A DNA stretch of 64,000 nt from Gammaproteobacteria bacterium (GCA_043738945.1 JAYUFB010000080.1:49697-113696), one strand, 5' to 3'. Counted from the stretch's first letter, positions 18,442-29,315 are shown. Program-made: numbers and translations. Notes: generated by a model from the sequence alone, not told the origin.

Positions 18442-19170
18442 TTACTGACTCCCCACGAGGCGAGCCACATCACAGTAAGGAGTAGTCGCCTTAAGAACAA
18501 ATTTTAACAATCCTTTGCCACCATTGATCGAGACGCGGGGTAATTTTAGCGGGTCATCCTGAGGATGTACGCGGCCGCGACGCGTCGTGACTGCCATTCG
18601 GTAACCCGCCCTCTGAACGCACGCCGCTACTTCTGAATTATGGTGCCCATAGGGATAACAAAAGCTGGTAATTGGCTTACCCGCAATATGGCCGATCGAG
18701 GCGCGGCTTTGAACTAATTCTTCCATAACCTTAGCGTGAGGTAACTTCGTCAGATCAGGGTGGGTGCAGGTATGCGAACCGATTTCAAATCCCAATCCAA
18801 TCCATGCGTCGAGTTGCGAACGCGTCATCAACGGCTTGCGGCCACGCAATTTTTCCGCGTCCCACACATTGTACGTACCAATGTGCTCGCTCACAATGAA
18901 GCAAGTCGCACCAAAATTAAACTCGCGCAGTATTGGGGCTGCATTTGATAAGTTATCTGCATAACCGTCATCAAACGTGATTACAACACACCCCGCTGCA
19001 TTTCCTGCATTGAGGCGGCGCTCCCCCTCGGAGAGTGAGACGCCTCGCAAACCTAAGCGCCGCAACCACCAGAGCTGTTGCGCAAATTTCTGTGGCGATA
19101 CGTATAGTTTTGGCATGCTCATGCCGCTGGGCGCGACGGCAATATTGTGATAATTCAGAATAGCGAGCAT
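18442..19170 (-). CDS. polysaccharide deacetylase (NodB-homology) family protein
   Basis: ITFDDGYADN and CYPYGHHN motifs. Follows the glycosyltransferase gene after a 3-nt gap. Confidence 0.85.
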   Translation of the reverse strand: MLAILNYHNIAVAPSGMSMPKLYVSPQKFAQQLWWLRRLGLRGVSLSEGERRLNAGNAAGCVVITFDDGYADNLSNAAPILREFNFGATCFIVSEHIGTYNVWDAEKLRGRKPLMTRSQLDAWIGLGFEIGSHTCTHPDLTKLPHAKVMEELVQSRASIGHIAGKPITSFCYPYGHHNSEVAACVQRAGYRMAVTTRRGRVHPQDDPLKLPRVSINGGKGLLKFVLKATTPYCDVARLVGSQ

Positions 19171-19173
19171 CAG

Positions 19174-20298
19174 TTATTCGAATGATGTTTGCAATGGCAG
19201 CTGCGGGCTAGGAGTACTGACCGATTCAGTGATCATCGCTATAAACTCAGCGGCAATCTTGTGGGCTGCAAATTTAGTCTGCACATATCGCCGCCCGGTC
19301 TGGGAAAATCGTAGCCGTAAATTAGGGTTGGCGTGCAGCCGACTAATAGCACGCTGCAACGATTGGTGATCATTGGCGGGCACCAATAGCCCCGATTGGT
19401 TGGGAGCGAAGGCCTCTTCCATCCCACCCATTCGAGTGCCGATCACTGGCAGCAGGCACGCCTGAGCTTCTGCGAGGACGCGACCAAAGGTTTCCGGCTC
19501 GATGCTGGGTGCGACGAGCACATCCATCGCCGCATACATCTCGCCTATTTCCGGGGTCCAGCTGACAAAATGGCACCGACTATCGATCCCGAATTCTTGT
19601 GCCTTGCGACGCAAACGGATTAATTCTGCGCCTTCTCCCACACACAGGAACTGTATTTGCGCCACTCCGACCATCAGAGGCACTATTGCGTTCCAGAGAA
19701 CTTCAACGCCCTTACATAACTCAACTCGACCCACGAAGCCAATCACGAAATCATCCGCAGCTATGCCAAATAGATCACGGATGCCGACGCGCCTAGCTAC
19801 AGATGCATGCAGTCGGTTGACATCGATGGGATTATAAAGCATCGCCAGTCGATCCGCGGGCGCTCCTTGCGCCACGAGTCGACGCTGCGCGTATTCGGAG
19901 ACAACAAAAAATTGATCTACCATATAGGGCAAAACACAGCGAGTGAGCCAACTTCGAATATCAGGCATATGCCTAAAAAGTGCTACCCGCACGCGCGTCA
20001 GTCGGCCGATCACCCACACAGTCCAATATAGCTTCTCACGATTAGTGATGATCCACTCCGGTTGCTCTGTGCGGATTGCGCGTAATATTGTTAAAACGCC
20101 GCGCGGATCGACGCCACCGCGAAATTTCGTCACATGTGTTCTAATGCCTCGTTCAGTCAGCAATTGAGCGACTAGACTATCGCGTTTGACCACCACCGAA
20201 ACGGAGTGACCAGAGTCGCTTAGCGCACTGGCGAGAGACACCACGTGCAGTTCCGTTCCCCAGCCATTACGGCTGGCATCTACAAACAGAAGTTTCAA
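19174..20298 (-). CDS. GT4-family glycosyltransferase
   Basis: GT-B fold with the C-terminal E-x7-E region (EPETFGRVLAEAQACLLPVIGT). N-terminal MKLLFVDASRNGWGTELHV. Confidence 0.85.
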   Translation of the reverse strand: MKLLFVDASRNGWGTELHVVSLASALSDSGHSVSVVVKRDSLVAQLLTERGIRTHVTKFRGGVDPRGVLTILRAIRTEQPEWIITNREKLYWTVWVIGRLTRVRVALFRHMPDIRSWLTRCVLPYMVDQFFVVSEYAQRRLVAQGAPADRLAMLYNPIDVNRLHASVARRVGIRDLFGIAADDFVIGFVGRVELCKGVEVLWNAIVPLMVGVAQIQFLCVGEGAELIRLRRKAQEFGIDSRCHFVSWTPEIGEMYAAMDVLVAPSIEPETFGRVLAEAQACLLPVIGTRMGGMEEAFAPNQSGLLVPANDHQSLQRAISRLHANPNLRLRFSQTGRRYVQTKFAAHKIAAEFIAMITESVSTPSPQLPLQTSFE

Positions 20299-20397
20299 AA
20301 TGCTCTCTAAAATGGCGTGGACGAATTTATTCCCTCTGATTGGACGTTGATAAGTAATGAAATCAATCGAAATAACGCAGTTTTCTTAATCCGGCTC

Positions 20398-21290
20398 TTA
20401 ATTCTGTACTCCAGGCGGTCGAGCGGTGGCTACCGGAATTTCAAACACCATGCGAAGGCCTGTGTTGCCTTCTGCCGCTTCAGCCCAAATTTTGCCGCCG
20501 TGTAAGGCGACGATACTGCGACAAATTGCCAAACCGAGACCGCTGCCTTCGTCTTCCAAACCATCGGTCGTACTCAAACGAAAAAACGTTCGAAAATCCG
20601 CTCTCGATATTCCGCCGCGATCCCCGGCCCTGCGTCGCTGAGCGCGACCCGCCAATGACCCGCATCGATACTCGAGTGCAGAGCAATAGCTCCGCCTGAT
20701 GGCGACACATTCAAGGCATTGGTGAGTAGATTTAATAACACCTGGGTGTGAATATAGGTACTGTAAGCTGCGGTGCTCCGCCAGCGCCCGTGCGTCTTGA
20801 TCAAATTTAGCCAACAGCACTTGCGGATAATGAGCTGTGCGATTAAGACGGAGGTCATGTGTCTCAGCGCGCGACAAAAATAATAGCTCGTCAATGATCT
20901 GGCTAAGCCGCAACATCTCCTCCAGCTGTACCTGCACGGATTCCTCGTTGGCCGTATCCAGATTACCCTGCATCGGCAATTTCTCGGCCTGCAGCCTAAT
21001 CAACGATAGCGGCGTCTTTAATTCATGCAAAACTTCAGCGGTGAAGCGTCGAATCTGCTGAAACGACGACTCCAGACGATAAAACTTTGGTTCAGGAGCA
21101 ACGCAAGTTCGCCAGCCGACTTAAACCTCGGCCGATCGCCACACTTAATGCCACCATGACGGCCAGCAACCACAGCGAAATCTCACCGTAATCGCTCAAC
21201 GCCTCGCGCACGCTAGCAAGGGGCGTTGCCACGGTTACATCGAAAGGACCGAGGATTTATTCTCCGACGCGCAACTCGCCAATACCGGAC
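20398..21290 (-). pseudogene. decayed sensor histidine kinase gene with no response-regulator partner
   Basis: H-box (HELKTPLS), N-box (QVLLNLLTNALNVSP), G1 (DAGPGIAAEY) and G2 (GSGLGLAICRSIV) lie in alternating frames (track ORFs 20398-21030 and 20574-20894). The TM2/HAMP remnant (LWLLAVMVALSVAIGRGLSRLANLR) ends in a stop near 21100. No adjacent response regulator. Confidence 0.75.
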
Positions 21291-21371
21291 GCGTGGTTGT
21301 CGCCGGCAGCAGCAGTCGCAGTCGCTCTAATAGCCGTATTTATGACCCGTCATTCGACACCTCAGACTCCA

Positions 21372-22367
21372 CTACGGCGAGAGTGACCCAGCAAACGCCG
21401 CAAGGTCAATCATGTCGCCCATTTTTAAATGCGCTACCACCGCTCGCATGGGTAGTCCCATTGCGCCCGAGCGCGCACCGGTCTGAAAAGCGAGTAGCTG
21501 GCGAAGAATATACGTGGGCGAGCGCGCCGCAAGTGGCGGCACTAGGCCGACGCCTTTGAGATTAGGTCCGTGGCAAGAAATGCACGCAGCCGATCCAGCA
21601 CCCCCTGCCATCGCGATTAATTTGCCACGCTTGATACTGCCGGGGGGCACATAAGCGATATAGCGCATTTTATCGTCCCGATTTTCGTGACGCGCCACAT
21701 CTGGCGCAAACTCCAGCAAGCGTTCGCCGAGTAGTTCTTCTCCGTTGTTAGGTTCGGCTACGTAAACCCACCCAACAACCTGTGAGCGAGGCACGTTCAC
21801 GCGCTCGAGCACGTCGACACGCGGCCCCAATTGCTGCGCCGAGAAATATTGTGCAGCACTCAATACTTCACCGACACTTGCGTGCGCCGCTACGCGAATC
21901 ATACTGTCAGCCGGTCTATAAGTCCCAGGCCACGCACTCTTGCGCGCGCCACTCTTAAAGTCAGCTAGCTGTTGAACGATATACGCTACCGGCAATCCAG
22001 CAAGGGAGGCGTTCTCAGGACGCCCCTGGCCACTCGGCGAATGGCAGTATCCACAGGCATACACGTCCGGCGTATTACCATGCGAAACCACGGCGGGCAT
22101 TGCACCGTGTGAATTCGGATACCAATCGGGTGCTGAAAAAAGGTTATTGAGCTGTGCCTCGGTGAATGCCAGTGTGCTATTCGGAAGGTGCACGAGCTTT
22201 GCAGTATCGAAGGGCGCAACAACCGCCAGCGCGGATGGATTCAGCGGGAACACCCAAGCGGGGACTTCTGCGTGAGATTCGCGCGCCACCATCGAATTGA
22301 CAGCGAGCGCACCGCATACAGCCCACACCGCACGTCCGTTCCACACGCCTCTATGCTCCCGCTGCAT
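21372..22367 (-). CDS. diheme c-type cytochrome, periplasmic
   Basis: Two CxxCH motifs (CGYCH and CISCH). Signal peptide after Met 22367 (..[16 protein letters not shown]). This start overlaps the cysA 3' end by 17 nt. Confidence 0.8.
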   Translation of the reverse strand: MQREHRGVWNGRAVWAVCGALAVNSMVARESHAEVPAWVFPLNPSALAVVAPFDTAKLVHLPNSTLAFTEAQLNNLFSAPDWYPNSHGAMPAVVSHGNTPDVYACGYCHSPSGQGRPENASLAGLPVAYIVQQLADFKSGARKSAWPGTYRPADSMIRVAAHASVGEVLSAAQYFSAQQLGPRVDVLERVNVPRSQVVGWVYVAEPNNGEELLGERLLEFAPDVARHENRDDKMRYIAYVPPGSIKRGKLIAMAGGAGSAACISCHGPNLKGVGLVPPLAARSPTYILRQLLAFQTGARSGAMGLPMRAVVAHLKMGDMIDLAAFAGSLSP

Positions 22368-23409
22368 AAATCTGCCAGCGACGAAAACGCAATGTGACTC
22401 GCTGACCAACGACGAATCGCTCGGCCTCAAAACGCTCGCGACTTATTTCCGCCTCGAGTAACTCGTGCGCTGCACGACCCTCAGGGACCAATTCTAAACG
22501 CACAATGGGTCCAATCACCCGTACCGCCATTACCTTAGATGACCAACCCGCCGTGTCACTACCAATCTCAATCTCATGCGGACGAATCAGTGCAACACCC
22601 CCTCGCACACTTAACGCCTCAGGATCTGCAGAGATATCAATAGGCCCCAAATAGGCGCGGCCCCCTTGCAGTCGAACCGGCAACTCGTTAACTTGCCCTA
22701 AAAAACGATGCACAAACGCCGAAGTCGGCTCATCGTAGACATCACCAGGCACCCCCGCTTGTTCGATTCGACCCTGATTCAGGACGACAATGGTATCGGC
22801 CACTTCAATAGCTTCCTGTTGATCATGCGTCACAAAGATACTGGTGAAGTGCAATTCATCGTGTAAGCGACGCAACCATCGTCGTAGTTCGTGGCGCACC
22901 TGAGTATCGAGCGCGCCGAATGGCTCATCGAGTAGCAACACCTCAGGATCAACCGCCAACGCACGCGCCAAGGCCACGCGCTGACGCTGCCCCCCCGATA
23001 GTTGCGCCGGGTAGCGATCGCCTGCCCACCCTAATTGCACTAATTCTAATAATGAGCCTACTTTTTGCCGGAGATCTTTTAACGCAGGACGTTCGCGCCG
23101 CGGCTTAACCTTAAGTCCGAAAGCAACATTCTCGAATACCGTCATATGGCGAAATAATGCGTAGTGCTGAAACACAAAGCCCACTTTGCGGGCACGAATC
23201 GGCCACAGAGTCGCATCTTGATCATCGAATAATACTTGTCCTCGATCCGGCGTTTCCAATCCTGCAATAATCCGTAATACCGTCGTCTTGCCGCAACCTG
23301 AAGGACCCAAGAGCGCAATTAAAGCACCGGTCGGCACGTCTAAATTAATCCCATCGACCGCAGCAAATTCGCCATAGCGTTTAGAGACCCCGCGCAAAGC
23401 AATACTCAT
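22351..23409 (-). CDS. cysA: sulfate/thiosulfate ABC transporter ATP-binding protein
   Basis: Walker A GPSGCGKT, signature LSGGQRQR and Walker B LLLDEP, plus a C-terminal regulatory domain. ATGA overlap with cysW. Confidence 0.92.
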   Translation of the reverse strand: MSIALRGVSKRYGEFAAVDGINLDVPTGALIALLGPSGCGKTTVLRIIAGLETPDRGQVLFDDQDATLWPIRARKVGFVFQHYALFRHMTVFENVAFGLKVKPRRERPALKDLRQKVGSLLELVQLGWAGDRYPAQLSGGQRQRVALARALAVDPEVLLLDEPFGALDTQVRHELRRWLRRLHDELHFTSIFVTHDQQEAIEVADTIVVLNQGRIEQAGVPGDVYDEPTSAFVHRFLGQVNELPVRLQGGRAYLGPIDISADPEALSVRGGVALIRPHEIEIGSDTAGWSSKVMAVRVIGPIVRLELVPEGRAAHELLEAEISRERFEAERFVVGQRVTLRFRRWQIYAAGA

Positions 23410-24296
23410 GCCTTTTCCCCACGTGCTTTCCCCACAACCACACGATTTCGCGCCTGCAACGCCAAATGACGCAACTCTGGCTCCCGCCATTCCAGAAAAC
23501 TTTTACCCGCTAAGGTCAGTAGCGCGAGCATCGCCAGCAACGATGCAACCGCAAACGCAGCGGCGTAGTTATATTCGTTATAGAGAATTTCAATATGCAG
23601 CGGAATGGTATTGGTGCTGCCGCGAATATGTCCCGATACCATCGAGACCGCACCAAATTCCCCCATGGCCCGCGCATTGCAAAGCAATACCCCGTACAAC
23701 AATCCCCATCGAATGTTCGGCAAGGTAACCCGCCAGAAGGTTTGCCATCCATTAGCACCCAACGCCAAAGCCGTCTCCTCGGCGTCTTTGCCCTGCGACT
23801 GCATCACCGGTATGAGTTCACGCGCGACGAACGGAAAAGTCACAAATACGGTAGCAATGACAATACCCGGTACCGCGTACAACAGATGAATATCATGTAC
23901 GCGCAGATACGGTCCAAACCACCCTTTGGATCCAAACATCAAAATGTAAACTAAACCCGCAATCACCGGCGATACCGAAAACGGCAGATCAATAAGCGTA
24001 ATCAACATACTCTTACCGCGAAATTCAAACTTCGCAATAGCCCACGCGGCCGCCACTCCGAACACCACATTGAACGGCACGGCAATCGCCGCCACTCCTA
24101 GCGTCAACTTGATGGCGGACCATGCCATGGGATCAACAAGCGCCCTTACATAGGCCGCAAACCCCTTTGACAATCCTTGGGTAAACACGACTAATAGCGG
24201 CATTGCCAAAAACGCCGTCAAAAAAATTAATGCCACCGTAATTAACAACCATTGCGCCACGGTCGATGATGAACTTACACCCCGATTGCCAGACAT
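23406..24296 (-). CDS. cysW: sulfate ABC transporter permease
   Basis: Multi-pass permease with the EAA loop [21 protein letters not shown]. Its position follows the sbp-cysT-cysW-cysA gene order. Confidence 0.9.
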   Translation of the reverse strand: MSGNRGVSSSSTVAQWLLITVALIFLTAFLAMPLLVVFTQGLSKGFAAYVRALVDPMAWSAIKLTLGVAAIAVPFNVVFGVAAAWAIAKFEFRGKSMLITLIDLPFSVSPVIAGLVYILMFGSKGWFGPYLRVHDIHLLYAVPGIVIATVFVTFPFVARELIPVMQSQGKDAEETALALGANGWQTFWRVTLPNIRWGLLYGVLLCNARAMGEFGAVSMVSGHIRGSTNTIPLHIEILYNEYNYAAAFAVASLLAMLALLTLAGKSFLEWREPELRHLALQARNRVVVGKARGEKA

Positions 24297-25159
24297 TAGC
24301 GGCCTCCATGGCGGGACAAAGTCCACACTTGTAGCGCGTTAATTCCCAGCAACAGCAGGAATGACAATACCAACATGACCACCGCAATAGCGGTTGCCCC
24401 CGCGTAATCATACTGCTCCAGTTTCGTAACAATTAGCAGCGGTGTAATCTCCGATTTCATTGGCATATTACCGGCAATAAAAATCACCGAACCGTACTCG
24501 CCTACAGCGCGCGCAAAGGCCAACGCGAAACCTGTCAATAATGCAGGCCATAATGCCGGCATGATCACATGTACAAAGGTTTGCAAAGCGGAAGCACCCA
24601 GCGTCGCCGCCGCTTGCTCCACTTCATGATCGAGACCCTCTAAGACAGGTTGCAAAGTGCGCACCACAAAAGGCAGCCCGATGAAAGTCATTGCGACTAC
24701 CACCCCTAGCGGGGTGAACGCCACATGAATACCCAGAGGCACCAACCATTGCCCCAGCCAACCATTGGGTGCATATAACGCCGTCAAAGCAATACCGGCG
24801 ACCGCCGTAGGTAGCGCAAACGGTAAATCGACCATCGCATCAATGAGTCGCTTGAACGGAAAGGTGTAGCGCACCAACACCCACGCCACCAATAATCCAA
24901 ATACCGCATTGATTAGTCCCGCCAACAACGACGCGCCGAAGCTTAAGCGCAAAGATGCCAACACTCGAGGCGCGGACACCACCTCAAAGAAATGTTCCCA
25001 CCCCATGCCAAAGCTACGAATAAAGGTCGCCGACAAAGGAATTAAAACCACCAATGACAAATACAACATGGTGAATCCCAGAGTCAGGCCAAAACCCGGT
25101 AGCACGCGGCGCGGGCGGCGCAATTTCCCACCAGCATAGGTTACAGTTTCATTGGCCAT
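24296..25159 (-). CDS. cysT: sulfate ABC transporter permease
   Basis: EAA loop [24 protein letters not shown] 25159 lies 7 nt after the sbp stop, and the upstream track extension overlaps sbp. Confidence 0.9.
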   Translation of the reverse strand: MANETVTYAGGKLRRPRRVLPGFGLTLGFTMLYLSLVVLIPLSATFIRSFGMGWEHFFEVVSAPRVLASLRLSFGASLLAGLINAVFGLLVAWVLVRYTFPFKRLIDAMVDLPFALPTAVAGIALTALYAPNGWLGQWLVPLGIHVAFTPLGVVVAMTFIGLPFVVRTLQPVLEGLDHEVEQAAATLGASALQTFVHVIMPALWPALLTGFALAFARAVGEYGSVIFIAGNMPMKSEITPLLIVTKLEQYDYAGATAIAVVMLVLSFLLLLGINALQVWTLSRHGGR

Positions 25160-26159
25160 AAATTCGATCGAAGACCCCATGATCAGCAAAATGGGTCGTC
25201 TGCGCCAAAGTCCAACCACCAAACACTTCGTCAATCGTCACCAGACGAATAGTGGGAAACCGCTGCTTATATTTAAGCAAAACTTTTGCATCGCGCGGGC
25301 GAAAAAAATGCGTTGCCGCCAGCTCCTGTGCCTCATGCGAATACAAATACTGAAGATAGCCTTCAGCAACTTTACGGGTTCCATGTCGATCAATATTCTG
25401 GTCAACCACCGACACTGGCGGCTCAGCGAGAATACTCAATGACGGCATCACCACTTCGAATTTATCAGCCCCCAACTCTTGGATCGCAAGATAGGCCTCA
25501 TTTTCCCAGGTCACTAGCACGTCACCCATGCCACGCAGCGCAAAAGTAGCACTCGCACCCCGCGAACCCGAATCGAGGACAGGCACATGCTGGTACAGTT
25601 TCCTCACAAAGTCCTCGGCACTGGCAGCAGTTCCGCCGGGTTGTTTAAGCGCCCAGGCCCACGCGGCCAAATAATTCCAGCGCGCACCTCCGGAAGTTTT
25701 AGGGCTGGCTGTGATCACCGCCACGCCCGGCCGTATCAGATCCGGCCAATCGCGAATGTTTTTAAGATTGCCCTTGCGAACCATAAAGACAACGGTAGAA
25801 GTGTAAGGCGCACTATTGTTAGGTAGGCGTGTTTGCCAATTAGTTGGGATTAAATGACCCACGCGCGCCAATGCATCCACGTCACTACCCAAGGCCAGCG
25901 TCACCACGTCGGCATCCAAACCATCGATTACCGCTCTCGCCTGTTTACCTGATCCCCCATGACTCTGATTAATACGAATCTCTTCACCGGATTTTTTTTG
26001 CCAATAAACAGCAAACGCCCGATTATAGTCTTCATAAAATTCACGCGTCGGGTCGTACGATACATTTAACAGATGGGCCACGCCGCCGCGATTCGGCGTA
26101 CAGCCCGAAGTGGCCACCAAAACTAAGACCAGCAATACAGCCGCTACTCGTAAAATCAT
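25149..26159 (-). CDS. sbp: periplasmic sulfate-binding protein
   Basis: Lipoprotein-like or signal leader ([15 protein letters not shown]). Sbp/CysP-type motifs [26 protein letters not shown] and VTWENEA. Confidence 0.92.
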   Translation of the reverse strand: MILRVAAVLLVLVLVATSGCTPNRGGVAHLLNVSYDPTREFYEDYNRAFAVYWQKKSGEEIRINQSHGGSGKQARAVIDGLDADVVTLALGSDVDALARVGHLIPTNWQTRLPNNSAPYTSTVVFMVRKGNLKNIRDWPDLIRPGVAVITASPKTSGGARWNYLAAWAWALKQPGGTAASAEDFVRKLYQHVPVLDSGSRGASATFALRGMGDVLVTWENEAYLAIQELGADKFEVVMPSLSILAEPPVSVVDQNIDRHGTRKVAEGYLQYLYSHEAQELAATHFFRPRDAKVLLKYKQRFPTIRLVTIDEVFGGWTLAQTTHFADHGVFDRIYGQ

Positions 26160-26166
26160 TGCATCC

Positions 26167-27150
26167 TTAAGGACTATCGCGCAGCGGAATACGCAGCTCG
26201 CCTAAGACTCGATTGACTTCTTCGGCGGTCTCCACTTTTTCAGTCTCGCGCACTAACTTGCGTGGCAAATGCGGTGCCAGCAATTCTATAAACTCGTACA
26301 TATAAGCGCGTAACAACGCACTGCGACGAAATCCGATCCAAGTCGTATGCCCCTCAAATAGATGCGCCGCGTCTAACACCACGAGGTCGGCATCAATCAC
26401 GGGATCGACCGCTAAACGCGCCAAGATGCCGACGCCCAAGCCTAAGCGGACATAGGTTTTTATGATGTCCGAGTCACGCGCGGTCAACGCAACATCAAGC
26501 GATAGCCCTGCGGTTTCAAACAAAGCCGGCAGCGATGACCTCCCAGCGAAGCTAAACACGTAAGTCACGATCGGATATTCCGCTAATTTTTTTAAAGTTA
26601 ACTTACCGGCCGTGGCTAACGGATGGCCCCGCGGCACCACCACCGCACGATGCCAGCGGTATACCGGCAACCGCACCAGATGCGGAAATAATTCTTCTGA
26701 TCCGGTGGCAATAGCGAAATCAACCCGATCCTTGGCCACCATTTCGGCGATCTGTTCCGAGGTACCCTGATGTAAATGTAGACGTACCTTCGGGTACTGG
26801 ATACGAAATGCACGAATGACCTGCGGCAGCACATAGCGCGCCTGGGTATGGGTCGTCGCAATCGACAAGGAACCCCCATCGGCCTTACGCAACTCCGCTG
26901 AGGTGCGCCGAATATTTTGCATTTCGCGCAAGATATTAGTCGCTCGCGCAATAATTTCAGTGCCGGCCGCCGTGGTACGAGTGAGGGCACGACCCTCGCG
27001 CTCAAACAATTGAAAACCCAGCTCTTCTTCTAACATCTTAAGTTGACGACTCACCCCCGGCTGCGAGGTGTGTAATTGGCGCGCCGCCGCCGTGATATTC
27101 AAGCCGTTTTCATGTACGGCCACCAAGTAGCGTAGTTGCTGGAACTTCAT
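26167..27150 (-). CDS. cysB: LysR-family regulator, CysB-like
   Basis: The N-terminal [48 protein letters not shown] is characteristic of CysB/Cbl. It lies upstream of sbp-cysTWA and divergent from cysH. The start could instead be ATG 27156. Confidence 0.85.
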   Translation of the reverse strand: MKFQQLRYLVAVHENGLNITAAARQLHTSQPGVSRQLKMLEEELGFQLFEREGRALTRTTAAGTEIIARATNILREMQNIRRTSAELRKADGGSLSIATTHTQARYVLPQVIRAFRIQYPKVRLHLHQGTSEQIAEMVAKDRVDFAIATGSEELFPHLVRLPVYRWHRAVVVPRGHPLATAGKLTLKKLAEYPIVTYVFSFAGRSSLPALFETAGLSLDVALTARDSDIIKTYVRLGLGVGILARLAVDPVIDADLVVLDAAHLFEGHTTWIGFRRSALLRAYMYEFIELLAPHLPRKLVRETEKVETAEEVNRVLGELRIPLRDSP

Positions 27151-27277
27151 CGGCACTAGGATATAAGTTTATGGCGATCAATGCCGGATACCCTTGAGCG
27201 CCGGACATCACAAAATCGCATGTGCTCATAAGCACAAGTTCGTTTTCTAGCGGCTGGGCGGCTTTTATAGTGACAAG

Positions 27278-28033
27278 ATGTCTACTGGGCACCTCTCCGA
27301 ACTCTCTAAAACGCTACGCGAGCGCGCCGAAACCAGCATTGCGCAATTGCGCGAGGCGGTAGTTGACTACAAAAATGTCTGCTACGCCAATAGCTTAGGC
27401 TTGGAATCCATCGTTCTGACCGATCTTATCTGGACCGCCGTACCGCAAATCGAGATCTTCAGTATTGATACCGGACGCTTATATCCGGAGACCTACGAGC
27501 TTATTGGACGCCTACAACAGCACTACGGCCGGGCGCTTCGGATTTACTACCCCGAAACACCGCAACTAGAGGGCTGGGTGGCCGAAAATGGTATAAACGG
27601 ATTTCGCGAAGGCCTGGAGCAACGGCGTAATTGCTGTTCCATTCGCAAAGTCGAACCCTTTAGGCGTGCCATTTCCGGGCATAATGCCTGGGTGACCGGT
27701 ATTCGCCGCGATCAATCAGCGAGCCGTGCGTTTGCCGCTCCAGTCGAGTGGGATGGCGAATATGGACTACACAAGATTAGTCCCCTGCTCGATTGGAGCA
27801 AAAAAGATATCACCGACTACATCGCCAAAAAAGCTCTCCCGTACAACAGCTTGCACGATAAAGGTTTTCCCAGTATCGGCTGCGCCCCCTGCACCCGCGC
27901 AGTGCCCTCCGGTGAAGATGAACGCTCAGGTCGCTGGTGGTGGGAACGTGCTGAATCACGCGAATGTGGGCTTCACCCCCGACGCCAGGCTCAGGCGCTC
28001 GCGGTTCCGCGACAATCGCTATCGCAACACTAG
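27278..28033 (+). CDS. cysH: adenylylsulfate (APS)/PAPS reductase, Fe-S cluster type
   Basis: C-terminal ECGLH motif plus the Cys pairs RRNCCSIRK and GCAPCT. These pairs characterise the bacterial APS-reductase class of CysH. Confidence 0.9.
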   Translation: MSTGHLSELSKTLRERAETSIAQLREAVVDYKNVCYANSLGLESIVLTDLIWTAVPQIEIFSIDTGRLYPETYELIGRLQQHYGRALRIYYPETPQLEGWVAENGINGFREGLEQRRNCCSIRKVEPFRRAISGHNAWVTGIRRDQSASRAFAAPVEWDGEYGLHKISPLLDWSKKDITDYIAKKALPYNSLHDKGFPSIGCAPCTRAVPSGEDERSGRWWWERAESRECGLHPRRQAQALAVPRQSLSQH

Positions 28034-28223
28034 GGGTAGTGGTAGCGACCGTCCACGCTAACCGAAAGAGGGTGAGTTTTCAGTCAACATGGACGGCGCA
28101 GCCTGCAAAATCACGTGGTCACAAGATTTGAGTTCATTGCGCTGAGGCGCTTGAGCGCTGCCTTAAACTCTCGCGCGTAAGAAGCGCGCAATACCAGTGC
28201 GGCAGCAAGGACTGTAGTGATGC

Positions 28224-28367
28224 CTATGCATCCATACACCACAAGCTGGCCTTGGGCGAGACCCGGGGCAAGGTGCCCGCCAGTAAAATCAATGCGATAG
28301 GGGCCAGAGCGGCTACCGCTGCAATTGCGCGGGCAACGAAGACGTCTTGGTTGTGAGTGGCAGTCAT
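28224..28367 (-). CDS. possible 47-aa hydrophobic peptide, divergent from the two-component operon
   Basis: AGGAG followed by 7 nt and ATG 28367. Sequence MTATHNQDVFVARAIAAVAALAPIALILLAGTL.. A second hydrophobic stretch (VVYGCIGITTVLAAALVL) continues in another frame, so the gene may be frameshifted or spurious. Too short for the ORF track. Confidence 0.2.
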   Translation of the reverse strand: MTATHNQDVFVARAIAAVAALAPIALILLAGTLPRVSPKASLWCMDA

Positions 28368-28529
28368 AAAAAATCTCCTATTCAGTTGTCTTTGTAACGG
28401 TTCAGCGAATCAAATTCTCTACTAATCGATGTAAAACGCAGTTATCAAGATGTAAAGTTATGCAAGCATTGACGTAAATTTTCTAGGTCCCCCATTCTGA
28501 CGTTGCTGCGCACTGTCTTCATTCGGTTC

Positions 28530-28596
28530 TTTACAATGATTTACACTCCCTTACCGGCCTTTACGATCGGCTCAACTAGCGATCCGCGCCTATAAT
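28530..28596 (+). promoter_or_regulatory. four phased (T)TTAC boxes (CpxR-type, inverse orientation) plus a TATAAT -10 element upstream of the response regulator gene
   Basis: TTTAC at 28530, 28540 and 28560 and cTTAC at 28550 give exact 10-bp phasing. TATAAT at 28591-28596 ends 5 nt before ATG 28602, and no Shine-Dalgarno sequence is visible. Confidence 0.45.
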
Positions 28597-28601
28597 GGGT
28601 C

Positions 28602-29315
28602 ATGCTGCCCAGTACCGCTCCCGTGTCCTCTTCTGTACTTCTTATTGATGACGATGAGGAACTGGTGGATTTGTTGAAGAATTACCTGGAGCGCGAAGGT
28701 TTTTTCGTCGGTGGTGCCGAGGATGGAGAATCGGGTGTTCACGAGGCCCGGTCAGGGCGCTATGCGATCGCCGTAGTCGATATGATGATGCCACGCAAGA
28801 ACGGTATTGAGACTCTCATGGCCATTCGTGCCCACGGCAATATGCCGGTCATCATGTTAACCGCCAAGGGCGACGACACGGATCGGATCGTGGGCCTGGA
28901 AATTGGCGCGGACGACTATATTCCAAAGCCCTGCACACCGCGTGAATTGACGGCGAGAATTCGCGCGGTATTGCGACGCACATTGCCAAGTGAGAACACG
29001 GCTGATTCTGCTGGCGTGATCAATTCCGGCGCACTAATGCTCGACCCACAACGCCGGGTGATTCATTGGAATGGTATGCCGATTGATTTCACCAGTACCG
29101 AATTTAATTTATTAGAATTATTAGCTCGCAGCATGGGTACTCCAGTCAGTAAAAATATTCTCTCAGAGCAAGGATTAGGTCGGAAGTTGGCCGCTTTCGA
29201 TCGCAGCGTTGACGTCCACATGAGCAGTATCCGGCAAAAAATAGGCCGGGTGACGGATGGCCGATCGTGCATTTTGACCGTTTACCGCTTGGGATATCAG
29301 CTGATTCCCGAATGA
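28602..29315 (+). CDS. OmpR/PhoB-family response regulator (CpxR-like)
   Basis: Receiver domain (LLIDDDEEL, VVDMMMPRKNG, LTAKGD) and winged-helix output domain (FTSTEFNLLELLA, VYRLGYQL). Confidence 0.92.
   Translation: MLPSTAPVSSSVLLIDDDEELVDLLKNYLEREGFFVGGAEDGESGVHEARSGRYAIAVVDMMMPRKNGIETLMAIRAHGNMPVIMLTAKGDDTDRIVGLEIGADDYIPKPCTPRELTARIRAVLRRTLPSENTADSAGVINSGALMLDPQRRVIHWNGMPIDFTSTEFNLLELLARSMGTPVSKNILSEQGLGRKLAAFDRSVDVHMSSIRQKIGRVTDGRSCILTVYRLGYQLIPE

Noticed and set aside
21372-22367. Assigning the diheme cytochrome specifically as thiosulfate dehydrogenase TsdA.
   Set aside because: Two CxxCH motifs and the operon context are suggestive only. I cannot verify the family-specific axial ligands or length by eye, so only a generic call is made.
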